Origin: the human T2T-CHM13v2.0 reference genome, Homo sapiens
Length of the DNA stretch: 64,000 nt
Assembly (NCBI RefSeq): GCF_009914755.1
Contig: NC_060933.1
Strand: one strand, 5' to 3'
Notes under the pieces: generated by a model
Told to the model about the DNA's origin: nothing
Databases searched by the model: none
Seen by the model: only the letters and a program-made list of their open reading frames with translations
Part shown: positions 27,542 to 40,640 of the stretch, piece after piece
How positions within the stretch are numbered: the first letter of the stretch is position 1
Layout of the letters: each line of letters opens with the position of its first letter
Position numbers and translations under genes: made by a program

Positions 27542-27718
27542 CAATGGTTTTCAACCTTGCCTACACATAAGCATCACCTGGGGAACTTTAAAAAAATACG
27601 AATTCCTGAAATCCAACCTCAGAGATTCTTATTCAGTTGAAATGGGTTTGGGTCTACAATAGTATTTAAAAATTGCTCTCCTGGTGATTCTAATATGAAA
27701 CCACCTTTGAATACCCTG
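27542..27718. mobile_element. MER5 (hAT-Charlie MITE)
   Basis: CAATGGTTTTCAACCTTG, CATCACCTGGGGAACTTT, CAGAGATTCTTATTCA, GGTGATTCTAATATG. Confidence 0.8.
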
Positions 27719-27734
27719 ATACTAAAATTCATTC

Positions 27735-28225
<491 letters not shown>

Positions 28226-28242
28226 TACTAAAGAAAGAATAG

Positions 28243-28632
<390 letters not shown>

Positions 28633-29078
28633 ATTAGTAGGTTCTTAAATATGAATCTGATGTTATACAGCAAAAGTCTGTACGGGCTACAGAAACATAA
28701 TGTGTAATAATGGAACCCTGCAAGAGGAGGGAGTCATGAGGGTGCTTACAAAGAAGGACGAAAAAGGAGCAAAGAGCAGAAGGTTGGGAAACAGTGGCCT
28801 TTGAGAGGAAGGAAGGAGAAAAAGAACCAGAACTGAAAACTGAGAAAAATATAGAAATGGATTTGGAAAGAATGATGTCATAGAAAGCAAGGCTTTTAAA
28901 GAAAAGTTGAGACTCAGTATGAAAAAATAATACAAAAACTAAAAATAATTAACTGGACTTGGAAATCAAGGGAGATATTAGTGCCCTTCAAAAGAACTGT
29001 TTTAGGGGAGAAGTAGAAGTAGAAAGTATTTGGAGTACATGAGAGAGGAATGAGAAACCATTGTCTGAGTTAGTAGAA

Positions 29079-29631
<553 letters not shown>

Positions 29632-30450
29632 CATAGAATATTCTTTTCAGAAACTTGACTGAAAATGAAAGGCGAGGATTTAGGGTAGTTTCTACTCGGA
29701 GGTGGAAATTGTGAGAGAAAAATAAGAGACTTGACTGTAAGAACTATGACAGAGCCACCGTGTCTGAACATTAGTTGAAAATACTTGAGATCAGAATTCA
29801 GGTTATGGTAGAAATAAAAGTATAGAAATCAAAGTCACTGGTGGAAAAATCCCCTCTAAAAAGGGAATGGTGAAAAGCTCATCCTGTGGGCCTATAGAAA
29901 AAGATGTGAAAATGAGTAAAATTCTAATTCGGCTGCTTTTCTTTTTATGTGTTATATAAAGAGATACAGACAGGACATTGAAGGAATCTTACTAATAACC
30001 ACAATTTCCCATATGATTATATTCACCCTTTGCATTTGTAGCGGTGGAAATATGAGGGACTTGAGGTGCTTTGTATCCATTTGGAATAACTTATGTGGGA
30101 AATGGAAAAGGTGACTGATAAAGATCATGTTTAACTAGTTCATATAGACCAGATGAGGTTTAGAGTGTCATAATCTACACAAATACGTGGTTTCCTCTAA
30201 TGTCATTCTGATGTCAAGATACAGAAAGAAAAAAAATTGGTACAGTGATCCAGTACTTGTGATCATCATGGAAGGTAGAACATAAATGAAGAGATTTAAA
30301 CACTAAGAATGTGGGCATGAAATTTCTGTTTTAAATGGTCCATCATTTGTTTAGATGACAGAAAAACTATGGGGGGTGCTTATAAACTGAGATAAAAAGG
30401 GAAGAATCTGAATCTTTCAATTGTACAAAAAACAGATAGATACAGAAGTA

Positions 30451-30769
30451 CAATCTTCTTTTAGTATTTGTGAAGTATTGGTTTCAAGACCCCTCAGATA
30501 TCGAAATCTGCAGATGCTCTAGTCCCTGATTAAAAATGGTATAGTATTTACATAAAACTCACACACATCCTCCTATATAATTTAAATAAACTCTAGATTA
30601 CTTATCATGCCTAATACAATGTAAATGTTCTGTAAATAGTTGTTATGCTGTATTTTTTGTATTATTTTTATTGTTGTATTGCTATTTTTATTGTTTTTTC
30701 TCAAATATTTTCAATCTGTGTCTCTTTGAGTCCATGGATATAGAATCCACAGATAGGAAAGACCCAGTG
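30451..30769 (+). mobile_element. MER2 (TcMar-Tigger MITE)
   Basis: CTCTAGATTACTTATCATGCCTAATACAATGTAAATG core; TA dinucleotides flank both ends. Confidence 0.85.
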
Positions 30770-31445
30770 TAGCGAAGAGGTGAGCAGGTAAAATAATAAA
30801 TTAATTTTACTAACAGTCTTTTAGAGATTGAAGCTCTAAATTTGAAATAGTTTGGGATAAAGAATACTCCAAGAATGTCTAGGAACACCATAATCCAAGA
30901 TAATCATTCTAGGATGTAAAGTATGAGAGAAAATTAATACATTTAAACCGAAGAATTTAGAATTTATATTACTGTACACTTATAAACCTAGATACTATTC
31001 ATGATAAAAGCATAATTCACTGTGAAAAGAAATAGTAAATGATCAATGAGTGGGGCAGTGGGGGAAGGAGAGAGAGAGGAGATAGGAGGCAGGGGAATGT
31101 GAATAATCTGGGTTCTTGATGTTTCAGCTTCTGATAGCACCACAGCTTCCTGCAATGGATTATATACTGCCCCTAGAAAGATCAAAAATCACTGGGAGAA
31201 GCCATCTTTGGTTAGATCTATCTTTTTAAGTTTAGAAATATCCATAAAATACTGTTTTTCTCATGGAATAACAGTAACTCAAAGCAACTCTGAATTTCTA
31301 ATTCAAAACTACTCTAGGTTTCCAGCAATAAGAAAAGGTGTTTTTTTGTTTTTTTCCCTGTCCCACGTATGTATGAGTTTCACTGATGGGAGATTACAGG
31401 GCTTGATTAAGTAGGAGATTTTGATAATATATCTTAAGGTATTAG

Positions 31446-31780
<335 letters not shown>

Positions 31781-31851
31781 GATAGTTTTATAAAACCTGG
31801 ATTTAAGGCAGAATTTAGAAACAGAAACTCTAATAGGAAAACTTTTTTCTA

Positions 31852-31997
31852 TATTATTATTATTATTATTAATGTAAAAATAAACTTTAGTGTCGAAAAT
31901 GCAAACTTGGGGAGGGCAGAAAGATCACACATAAGGCTGCCACCTCACACCTGGAGGGTTGCATCGTGGTTGGGCAGAGGCACTCCTCACTTCCCAG
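31852..31997 (-). mobile_element. SVA2-like element: VNTR remnant, unique 3' sequence and (TAA)n tail
   Basis: GGGCAGAGGCACTCCTCACTTCCCAG is an SVA VNTR unit; adjoining sequence matches my recollection of the SVA2 3' end, not SINE-R. Confidence 0.7.
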
Positions 31998-32494
31998 GGG
32001 CTGCGTATGAATCACAATGTAGGGGATAAAGCGGTTAGATAAAAATCTTGAAAGTAAAAGTGGATAAGAGAAAAATGCAAAAGAGTTTAGAGTGATGTGT
32101 GAAAGAATTCAATAATAGATTATCTTTTACAAACAAGAATGAAGATAAAAATATGGTTTCAAAATACCATAAACAACGTACGGATTTGTGTAACAGGTTA
32201 TTGTATATGATAGTTGAAGGAAAATAATGATTTGAGATGGGAGGAAATCATTTTTATTAAGACATAATAACTTTGAATTTAATGGCTGAACATTTATGTG
32301 GCTTTTAAAGAGTCAGTGCATTTCCAAAGTGGTACTGCAATATATGGAAAATGCCAGTACTGGAGATGTTGCATGCCATCCATGCAGAAGTGGACATTCA
32401 AATCTTAAGAATGGATGAGATCTCTCAAAAGGCAATTATAAATGATGACAGTAAGAGAACTGAAGAACGTTGAACCATGGTATTAAGGGCACAT

Positions 32495-32660
32495 GTAGCA
32501 TGGCGTGACGAGAGAACATAGTCTTAGAAATCAGACTGAATTGTGTTTGTATTGTGGCTTCAGGATTTACTCTCTTATCTTGGGCTTTCCTATTAAATGG
32601 ACAATTTCATTGTATTCTTATTATAAATTAGAAATAATAACTTTCTAACAGGATTGTGGA
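32495..32660 (+). mobile_element. MIR fragment
   Basis: GAGAGAACATAGTCTTAGAAATCAGAC start and AATAATAACTTTCTAACAGGATTGTG end. Confidence 0.55.
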
Positions 32661-33477
32661 AGTGTGTGTGTGTGTTTATGTGTACACACAGAGAGAATAT
32701 AAATAATTATTAAACATTTCTATTTTATGGTAGATTGTAAATAGAAACTAAGTCAAAAGTTAAGTCAAAGTAGTCAAGAAGATTATAAGGTATAAGGAAA
32801 ATTCAGTATTTTAGAAACCGAGAGAGGGTTTTAATGACAATGGTTGGTCAGCAGTTTCAAAAACCACTAAGAAAAATTGCTCCTAGAAGATAAGAGAATG
32901 AGTCTATCCCTTACAATAAGCCTAGGATCACATTTCTTAACTTATTCCTCTCAAAATTGAAACATAAAGTACTTCTATGCATATTGTCTTATTTGCCTTA
33001 TGTAAAAGAAAAAAGGAAGCAAATGGTTTCCAAATGTTTAAAAACATATATTGTCTCTCTCCCCATTCTTCCCTCTCTCTCCTCTCTCATCTCTCTTTTC
33101 TCCCCTTCTTTTCCTCTCCTCCCACTGTATTTCTCCAGATTTTCTAGACCTATCAGTTTTACAATAGAGAAGTTGCATTTGAAAATGTATTAGAATCTTC
33201 CCAAACGGGATTGGTCATGAGAAAAACTAATATATGGGATCCCTAATGCTGACCCAATTAAATTTGTGTTTTTGGCATAGCAAGATTTATTGACTGATCA
33301 ATGCCATGTGTATGGTGGATATGCTTGCCTTGTCTCACAGAAAGGCAAACAAGCAGCCCATTATATTAAAGCATGTGGATTACGTTTTAGTCCCTATGGA
33401 AAAATAATATAACTTCCTTATTCTTACTCCAATCTTTAAGGATCTCAAGAGAAAAATAATTGCATAATTCATCGTCT

Positions 33478-33650
33478 TTTGTGATTTGAGACATACATGA
33501 TCATGTTATTGGCAGAAAATGAATTGGTTTTATACATTTTATTGATAAGTGTTCCCAAACGTTTGTGATTTGGGACATACATGATCATGTTATTGGCAGA
33601 AAATGAATTGGTTTTATACATTTTATTGATAAGTGTTCCCAAACGTTTGT
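33478..33650. repeat. 84-bp tandem duplication, two copies, one mismatch
   Basis: 33478-33561 equals 33562-33645 except A/G at 33489/33573; TTTGT repeats a third time. Confidence 0.97.
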
Positions 33651-34479
33651 AATTAGTTGGCCATATTCTTGTTTCTCTATCTTCAGAACTGGTTATTATG
33701 ATTACTTTTTATGAAGGTGGTAATTACAAAATAGAATTGAGCTGAATGAAATTAAAGAGAAACTGAAAAAAGAAATTCCCTGCCAGGAAATAATTTCATT
33801 TGAACGAGTACAAAGTTCTTTGCAATTCTTACTTAGCTGAAGTGTATTTCTAGTTGTGTTTCCAGATTTATATCATTATGAAAATAGCCACTTCCTAGGT
33901 TCTCATTTTTCATATACAAACAATGTTCACTAGCAGTAAATTTCTTCCCTGGATTCAATTTCTGAATATTCACAAGGTGAAAATTGTGTTCACCTCTTTT
34001 CAGATGGAGATTCTCTGAACTGTAATTGGGTGACTATTTCATAGATGAAATCTCAGCACGTATCACTTTAAAATGATATAGTGTAAAAGGGCCCAAATTG
34101 TGTGTGTACACCTGGATGTGTGTGTGTCAGCATGACGTGGAAACTATGTGGATAGATAAATATCTAAAATAATAGGTATGTAGATAGCATGATGTTCCAA
34201 TAATTACCAATAAGATCATGTCTTCAGTGGAGAGTAATACATACCAAATTTTTAAATCTTTAATTTTTTTCATATCTGATTATTTCTACTATGATCTCTT
34301 TTTTATCAGAGGAGTTACTAAAACTACGAGTAGATAAGAATACATTTGAATTTTTATGTGTATGATAACTTTAAAATTTTGCCTACTTTATAGATTTCTC
34401 AGTTGGACTTACATTAAATCTCTATTTTTGTTTTTAACTTGGAATAAATTCTCTAAGACACTAATTACTAAATTGTCAG

Positions 34480-34960
34480 TATTTATAATGTAAACATTTT
34501 AAATCCCCTAAATGTCTACTACAGAAAGAATAAATGGTGATGTGTCTGTGTTATGGAATACCCTGAAAACCATGGAAAATAATAATAAAGCTCTACGTAC
34601 ATTGACATGGAAGGAATAAATTAATAAATTGTTTCACTGAATGAAAATCATCCAAGTTGTGTAAATAAAAATATGTACCTGTAGGGCTGCAACATTATGC
34701 AACTCAAGCAAGTATATAATTCAGCAGTGCTATTAGGTATGCATTATAGATATTTCTGCATACAAATATACAGTGAAGAGAAATAATTCATATTTTAAAA
34801 ATGTATATATGTTTATACATATGTAGAAAAAGTTAGGAAAGTAAATACTGCAAATTACTAACAGTGGAAACTCTTTTAACAGGTAGGTGTGAGGTTAATT
34901 TTGCTTTTTATTTTGCGTTACACACTTTCGTATTGACTGAATTTTAAAATTAGATTTGCA
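34480..34960 (+). mobile_element. L1ME 3' remnant
   Basis: GAATAAATGGTG ... ATGGAATAC ... AGCTCTACGTACATTGACATGGAA. Confidence 0.55.
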
Positions 34961-35577
34961 TTACCTTTTTTTCCTAAAAATATAACTATAATTGAAAACC
35001 TAGTTTCTGAATTGTACATTCTGTTTAACTCATGTTCTTTCTCTTTAATCATCAGTTTCTTCACTGACATCACAAAAATACTAGGAATTTTCCAATTGAA
35101 ACAAAAAACCTAAAAATCAGGAAAATAAAGAAGTATTTTAGAACCAAACCTTCTCTTAGTGTCATCACTCTTTATTCCAGGCCTCGAAATGAAATGGCAC
35201 AGACTGTTTTTGTCTCCTCTCCCGAAGATGCTTGGTTTATTCAGTAATCACCTCCCAACTTTGCAATGGCCCAGAAAGATAGCCTTTACTTTGCATACCT
35301 TCTAAAATACTAGCCTGATTCAAGTATTTATCATTCTTGAATTATAGCTAGTAACTTCTTCACTGGTTTCCTTGCCTGTAATTTCTTACCTTTGCAGTCA
35401 TCCCCAGATATTGCCATAGGGCTATCTTCCTAATGCAGAGATCAAATCATGTTGTTATACTTAAAATATTTTTGGCTCTATCATCCACAGAGTAAGTTTC
35501 AGATTTCCAGACATAGCATCATGACCTTTCATGTCCTATTGCCAGATTGCTCTTTTAGCATCACTTCAAACTTCACT

Positions 35578-35834
35578 GTTTTTTTTAAATATATATATAA
35601 CTTTTAAGTTAAGGGATAAAGGTGCAGATTTGTTACATAGGTACACTTGTGTCATGGGGATGTGTTGTACAGATTATTTCATCACCCAGGTGTTAAGCCT
35701 AATACTCATTAATTATTTTTCCTGATCCTCTCCCTCCTCCCAACTTCTGCACTCCAGAAGGCCCCGGTTTGTGTGTTGTTCCCATCTACATGTCCATGTG
35801 TTCTTATCAATACCTCCCACTTAATAGTGAGAAC
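35578..35834 (-). mobile_element. L1PA13-like 3' end
   Basis: TGTTGTACAGATTATTTCATCACCCAGG and TTTCCTGATCCTCTCCCTCCTCCCA. Confidence 0.85.
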
Positions 35835-36340
35835 TCCAAGTGTCCATAAATATAATATACCATTTTATGCCTTTAAGTCTTGTTGTTTACATCTCTTATT
35901 CTTCTAGTCTTTCAAGGCCCACCACAAATATCATACTTATATCTGACAATGGAAAGAAATATTCCTGCTCTCCTAGGGCACTTTGCTTTACCTATATTAC
36001 AAATCTTATTTCATTTATACTTACTTTAGTTAGCTTTCATTTGTTTCACTCAGCACAAAATAATGTAGTCTTGAAATCAGGACCCACTTTCGATTGATCT
36101 CTGACCTAGAGTCCTTATCTGAATTCAATATATTTGTTTGCCTTGCTTTTAACCAAATATATTTGGAATCCGTTTATCCATACACTTATGAGGAAACAGT
36201 ATTGAAAAGGTTGCTATCCATTAATATGGCTGTGGAAAAAAAATGTCACCTTAGTTCTATTTTAAGATAGGAAAAAGTCTTATCTATTTTTAGTAGATTT
36301 GATAATACTCGTATGAGTTTAAATCTTACTGATGCTGTAC

Positions 36341-36421
36341 AGTTGTGCTATCCAATATGGTAGCCAATAGACGCATGAGGTTATTTACATTTGTATTTAA
36401 ATTAATCAAAATAAAATAAAA
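36341..36421. mobile_element. MER33/MER3-like fragment
   Basis: TGTGCTATCCAATATGGTAGCCAATAG ... TTTAAATTAATCAAAATAAAATAAA. Confidence 0.6.
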
Positions 36422-36678
36422 GTTCCATAAATATACCATTGTATGCCTTTAATTCTTGTTCCAAGGTTTCAGTATATTATAGAAATTTTTATTGTCACAG
36501 AATTTTCCATTTAAAACCTCTGCTCTAAAGTTTAAACTCAAAATATAAATTACTCCTGTGCTAACTTGGTAAAATGCTGATACAGAAATGGCACAGTTTA
36601 CAGTAGATTTTTTGCATTGTTTTGATCTAAGTTGAATATAGTCACCAGGCAATTGTTACAGGGAGTCATCATTTCTTT

Positions 36679-36975
36679 TTTTTCTTTTTTTTTGAGACGG
36701 GGTCTCGTTCTGTTGCCAGGCTGCAGTGCCGTGGCGATCTTGACTCACTGCAACCTCCGACACTCCCAGATTCAAGCGATTCTCCTGCCTCAGCCTCCGG
36801 AGTAGCTGGGATTACAGGCACCTGCCACCACGCCTGGCTAATTTTTTTTGTATTTTTAGTAGAGACAGGGTTTCACCATGTTGGCCAGGATGGTCTCGAT
36901 CTCCTGACCTCCTGATCCGCCCGCCTCGGCCTCCCGATCTGCTGGTATTACAGGCGTGAGCCACCACGCCCAGCC
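36679..36975 (-). mobile_element. AluSc-like
   Basis: TGTTGCCAGGCTG and GGATGGTCTCGATCTC; TSD TCATCATTTCTTT at 36666-36678 and 36976-36988. Confidence 0.93.
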
Positions 36976-39900
36976 TCATCATTTCTTTAACACTTTAAAA
37001 CTTATTCTAATGAACTCAGTTGATTGCATATACCCCTTTACCCATCCAGGTCATATGAATCACTGTAGTAGAATCAGCTACTCTGGGGGAAAAGAGGAGA
37101 AGAGGTTGTGCATGTTTGTGGAGTATGTATTATTAAATAAAAGTCCCAGTTCCCTGTGGTAGCAGATCTGACCATTCTGACCATCCTGTGGCTCAATTTT
37201 AGGAAATAATGTCTAAGAAGGAATCAAGAATGAATGGATGTACTGCACTCAAAATATAAATTTGTTCTCATCACTAGTGTGGATGTGTTCCATCCTTACT
37301 CAGTAATTGTATACAGTGTCATGCCTTCAAACCTTACATAATCGTCTGTACTTCATTCATTCTCATCCTTCAAGGTTCACCTTAAACTTTTTTTTTTCCT
37401 AGGTTTTCTCCACACTAGCTAGGAAGTTTGCATGTACAGAATGTAATGAAAAAATGAAATTTCTCTATGCAGGAATTCGACATTGTGTGTTGAATCCTGT
37501 GATAACAGCATTTCCTATGCAGACTCAATATATATTTGATCATCTAACATGAAAATTGAAACTGGCATCTGTTTGTAAACCACCACTTTGCTGGCTCAAT
37601 TTTAGACCTGCAAAGGAATTTGCTGCCCTTTGGTTAACTAGATAAGCTATATATTTCACTTTGAAAAGACATGTCCCTGCAACTTTGATGGTGAGATACT
37701 GCCTCATAACATTCATTTTTCTCTATTAAGGTATTATAGTTTTGATTTAATAATTTTCAGCAAAGATTCATTTAACACTAGAGTGAATGAAAATCTAAAA
37801 GAGGATCAAATGGTTATTAGTAGAAACAGAATAACATTTACCAGTTGACCTTCTGTAATGGAGAGACTCCTCAGTGGGAAGAAATCTTTCATGTTGAAAC
37901 TTTCCTGATAGAGAACTCTTTGCATATATAATCAATAAGGTATGGGCATAGCTTCATCTTTGGTATGAATAACAAAAAAGTTGTCATAGAAAGCTGTAGA
38001 ATTAAAATTTATTTTTCAGAAGGAGTATTGTTTGCTTCTTTCAAAAGTGGAGGTAAAAATGATACAGGGGAAGGTACCCTCAAATAAATTAGTATAACCA
38101 AGTAATAGTTTTTCAGAAATAGATTAGAAAATATTCATCCCCCAAAATTAATGTTTGCTAGTTACATTTATCAATTTCCTTTCTACAATGCTAATTTTAA
38201 CATCACAATGCTTTCATTAGTGCATTATATAAAATATCAGGTATATGTAGATTGGTGTTGTTGAAATAAGGTTTTGTTGTTTAAAAATAAGATATCCATT
38301 CAATATACATGTATTAACACTAACCACAGCAAAAAATCAAAAAGAAAAATTAAGAGCACTTTTTTCACTACTCCCCTTGAACACACTTATCTCTTATGCC
38401 TTAAATTAGATTGTATATAACAATTCTAATATATTGGTATCTATATAATTATATAACTTAATTTTAATCAGGGAAGCAAATGAATATTCCTCATCATTTT
38501 AAACCTTTTTATTGTTATACCATTTCCTTTTTCCCTGTTTTTATGCTTTTGCATGTTTAACATAATATGAAACCTCAAAAGATATCTCTGGGCAACTTCT
38601 GAAGATTGCTATGTTAGCATTGCTAAACAAATGTATTCAAATGCATTTTCATGACTGAATATTATGCAAGTTCAGTGTTAACCTTTTCCTTGCTTCTTTG
38701 AAAATTGTTTTAGGATGTTTCTGAAAATAACATCATCCAGATTAAAATGATGAAAATACCCCAAAACATATAAGGCTCATAAAGAGTGTGGGATATAAGC
38801 GTGCCAGCTAATCTAGTTCTCATTCTCATAAAGGGCAATAGTGGCACTTAAGAGCCAGTATACCTATTCCTTTTCATTGTAATAAAACCATTCCTGAAAG
38901 TGACTTTGTCCAGAGCAAATGACTCTAACATGTTGTACTTCAGAGGTAGATTGTCATAACTCACTAAAGAAAGTGACCATTGTATATCTTAATAAAAAAA
39001 TTACCTGTTTATTCAAGTATTTTTTTTTTCAAGCTGAAGATATTTTCTCCTGCCCTCCCAAAACTTAGCACAACGCTTCAGTAGAAAGGGGTATAATCTA
39101 ACTGCTGTCATGGCCAACAAATGGAAAGGAATGCAGAAGAAATAAAGAAGTATGTGTTTTTTTTGTTCTAATAGAGAAACAAGTTAAAAACATTAAATCA
39201 TAAAAACAAAAACAAAAAACACCCTGACAATATAAAACACTGATGAAAAGTCTACTGGTTAAAAGTGAAAATTTTGAAAGCAGTAGTTGTATATAATCAG
39301 TGGATATGCCTTGCTTCTTTTCAAACAAGTGGTTTTTAAAGGTGTGTTGCATTATGCTCAAATGATATGTATTTATTTCGTAAATTATATAAGTCTTCTT
39401 AAGCTGAGTCACTCAAATACAAAAACTTGGGCTTTATTTTAATGTTTTTGTAAAATGGTTTTTTCACATGGATTGCAAATATCATATAAACCGATGTTTA
39501 ACATGAATATATTAAAGATTTCTTTGGATTATAATTATATGAAAGAGTTATACATTTGTATTCTCAAGACCTTTGTTATACATTGTATAATGACACTTTC
39601 TACCAAATATGAATGAGAAATAGTAAATAACTATTAAGGCAAAAGACCAGAAGAGGAAAACTATGAGGAAAGACGATATAAATATTCCTAGTTTTTAAAT
39701 TAATTTTTAATTCTGTTCTTTCTGATGACTTAAAACAATGAGGATCTGCACACCTGTAGTCTGAATTCAGTGTTATCCTCTTTTGTTAAATTGAAAAGGA
39801 GGCAAGGATAGAAAAATCGTTCACTGGCTAGAGAATGCTTCTGGTCAGGTCATGGATTCATGCTGTTTTCAGTATATAATTTCATTGTCAATTGAAACAA

Positions 39901-40541
39901 AGTGCTAATTGAGCACAATATTGATGGGTGGTTCAGAGGTGAGACTAGTATTGTCCTCTAAAAGGGATTAATAATAACCACTCCTGTTGCAGCTTCCACC
40001 AACATGTCTAGGAGAGGCATGCAGGCAATTATCTGTTCCTCAAAGACATTTCTCCTGGTGCATAAATTATCGGAGGCCTAGACTAGTGGCCCTATAGACC
40101 CAACCAATAGCTCTTACTGTCTCAAAGCGGTTTATATCATGAATGGCCTTTGTTCTGATTTGGTCAAAATCTTCATATATTTTGAAACTGTTATAATTTA
40201 AAGACTTCACAAAGGGACACAATACTAGTCTCTCATTACATTCAGTTCTGTAAAGGCATCTACTGTGTTACTGCTGGATAATAATAACCTTCAAATGATT
40301 CTATAATTTTAATATGTTCATCATCACAGATTTCAAACTTTGGTTTAGGTTTGCCTTCTGAAGCAGTACTGAATACATTGTTTCCATTTTGACAAGTCAA
40401 ACAACCTTTCAGATATTTGGGGAAAACTAAGTTCTGTGGTTGATTGATAACTATAATTTTGGTACCCCATATTCTTCTTCATTTTGCATTGTCTTTTAAC
40501 GTTTCCTTTGAGACCTTATCCCAATGCCGGGTGCTTCAGAG

Positions 40542-40640
40542 GAAGTTTTCTCAACCTCACCACTATTGATATTTCAGACCAGATAATTCTTGGTCATTGG
40601 GACGTGTCCTGTGTATTACAGACTGCTTATGAACATTCTT
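40542..40640 (+). mobile_element. MER20 fragment
   Basis: TTTCTCAACCTCACCACTATTGATATTTCAGACCAGATAATTCTT ... GTCCTGTGTATT. Confidence 0.7.

Noticed and set aside
33478-33650. Direct repeats as a CRISPR-like array
   Set aside because: Two abutting copies with no spacers, in primate DNA.
39000-39150. Possible minus-strand exon (pyrimidine tract and CAG/GTAATT)
   Set aside because: Contains a homopolymer run and has no supporting frame or context.
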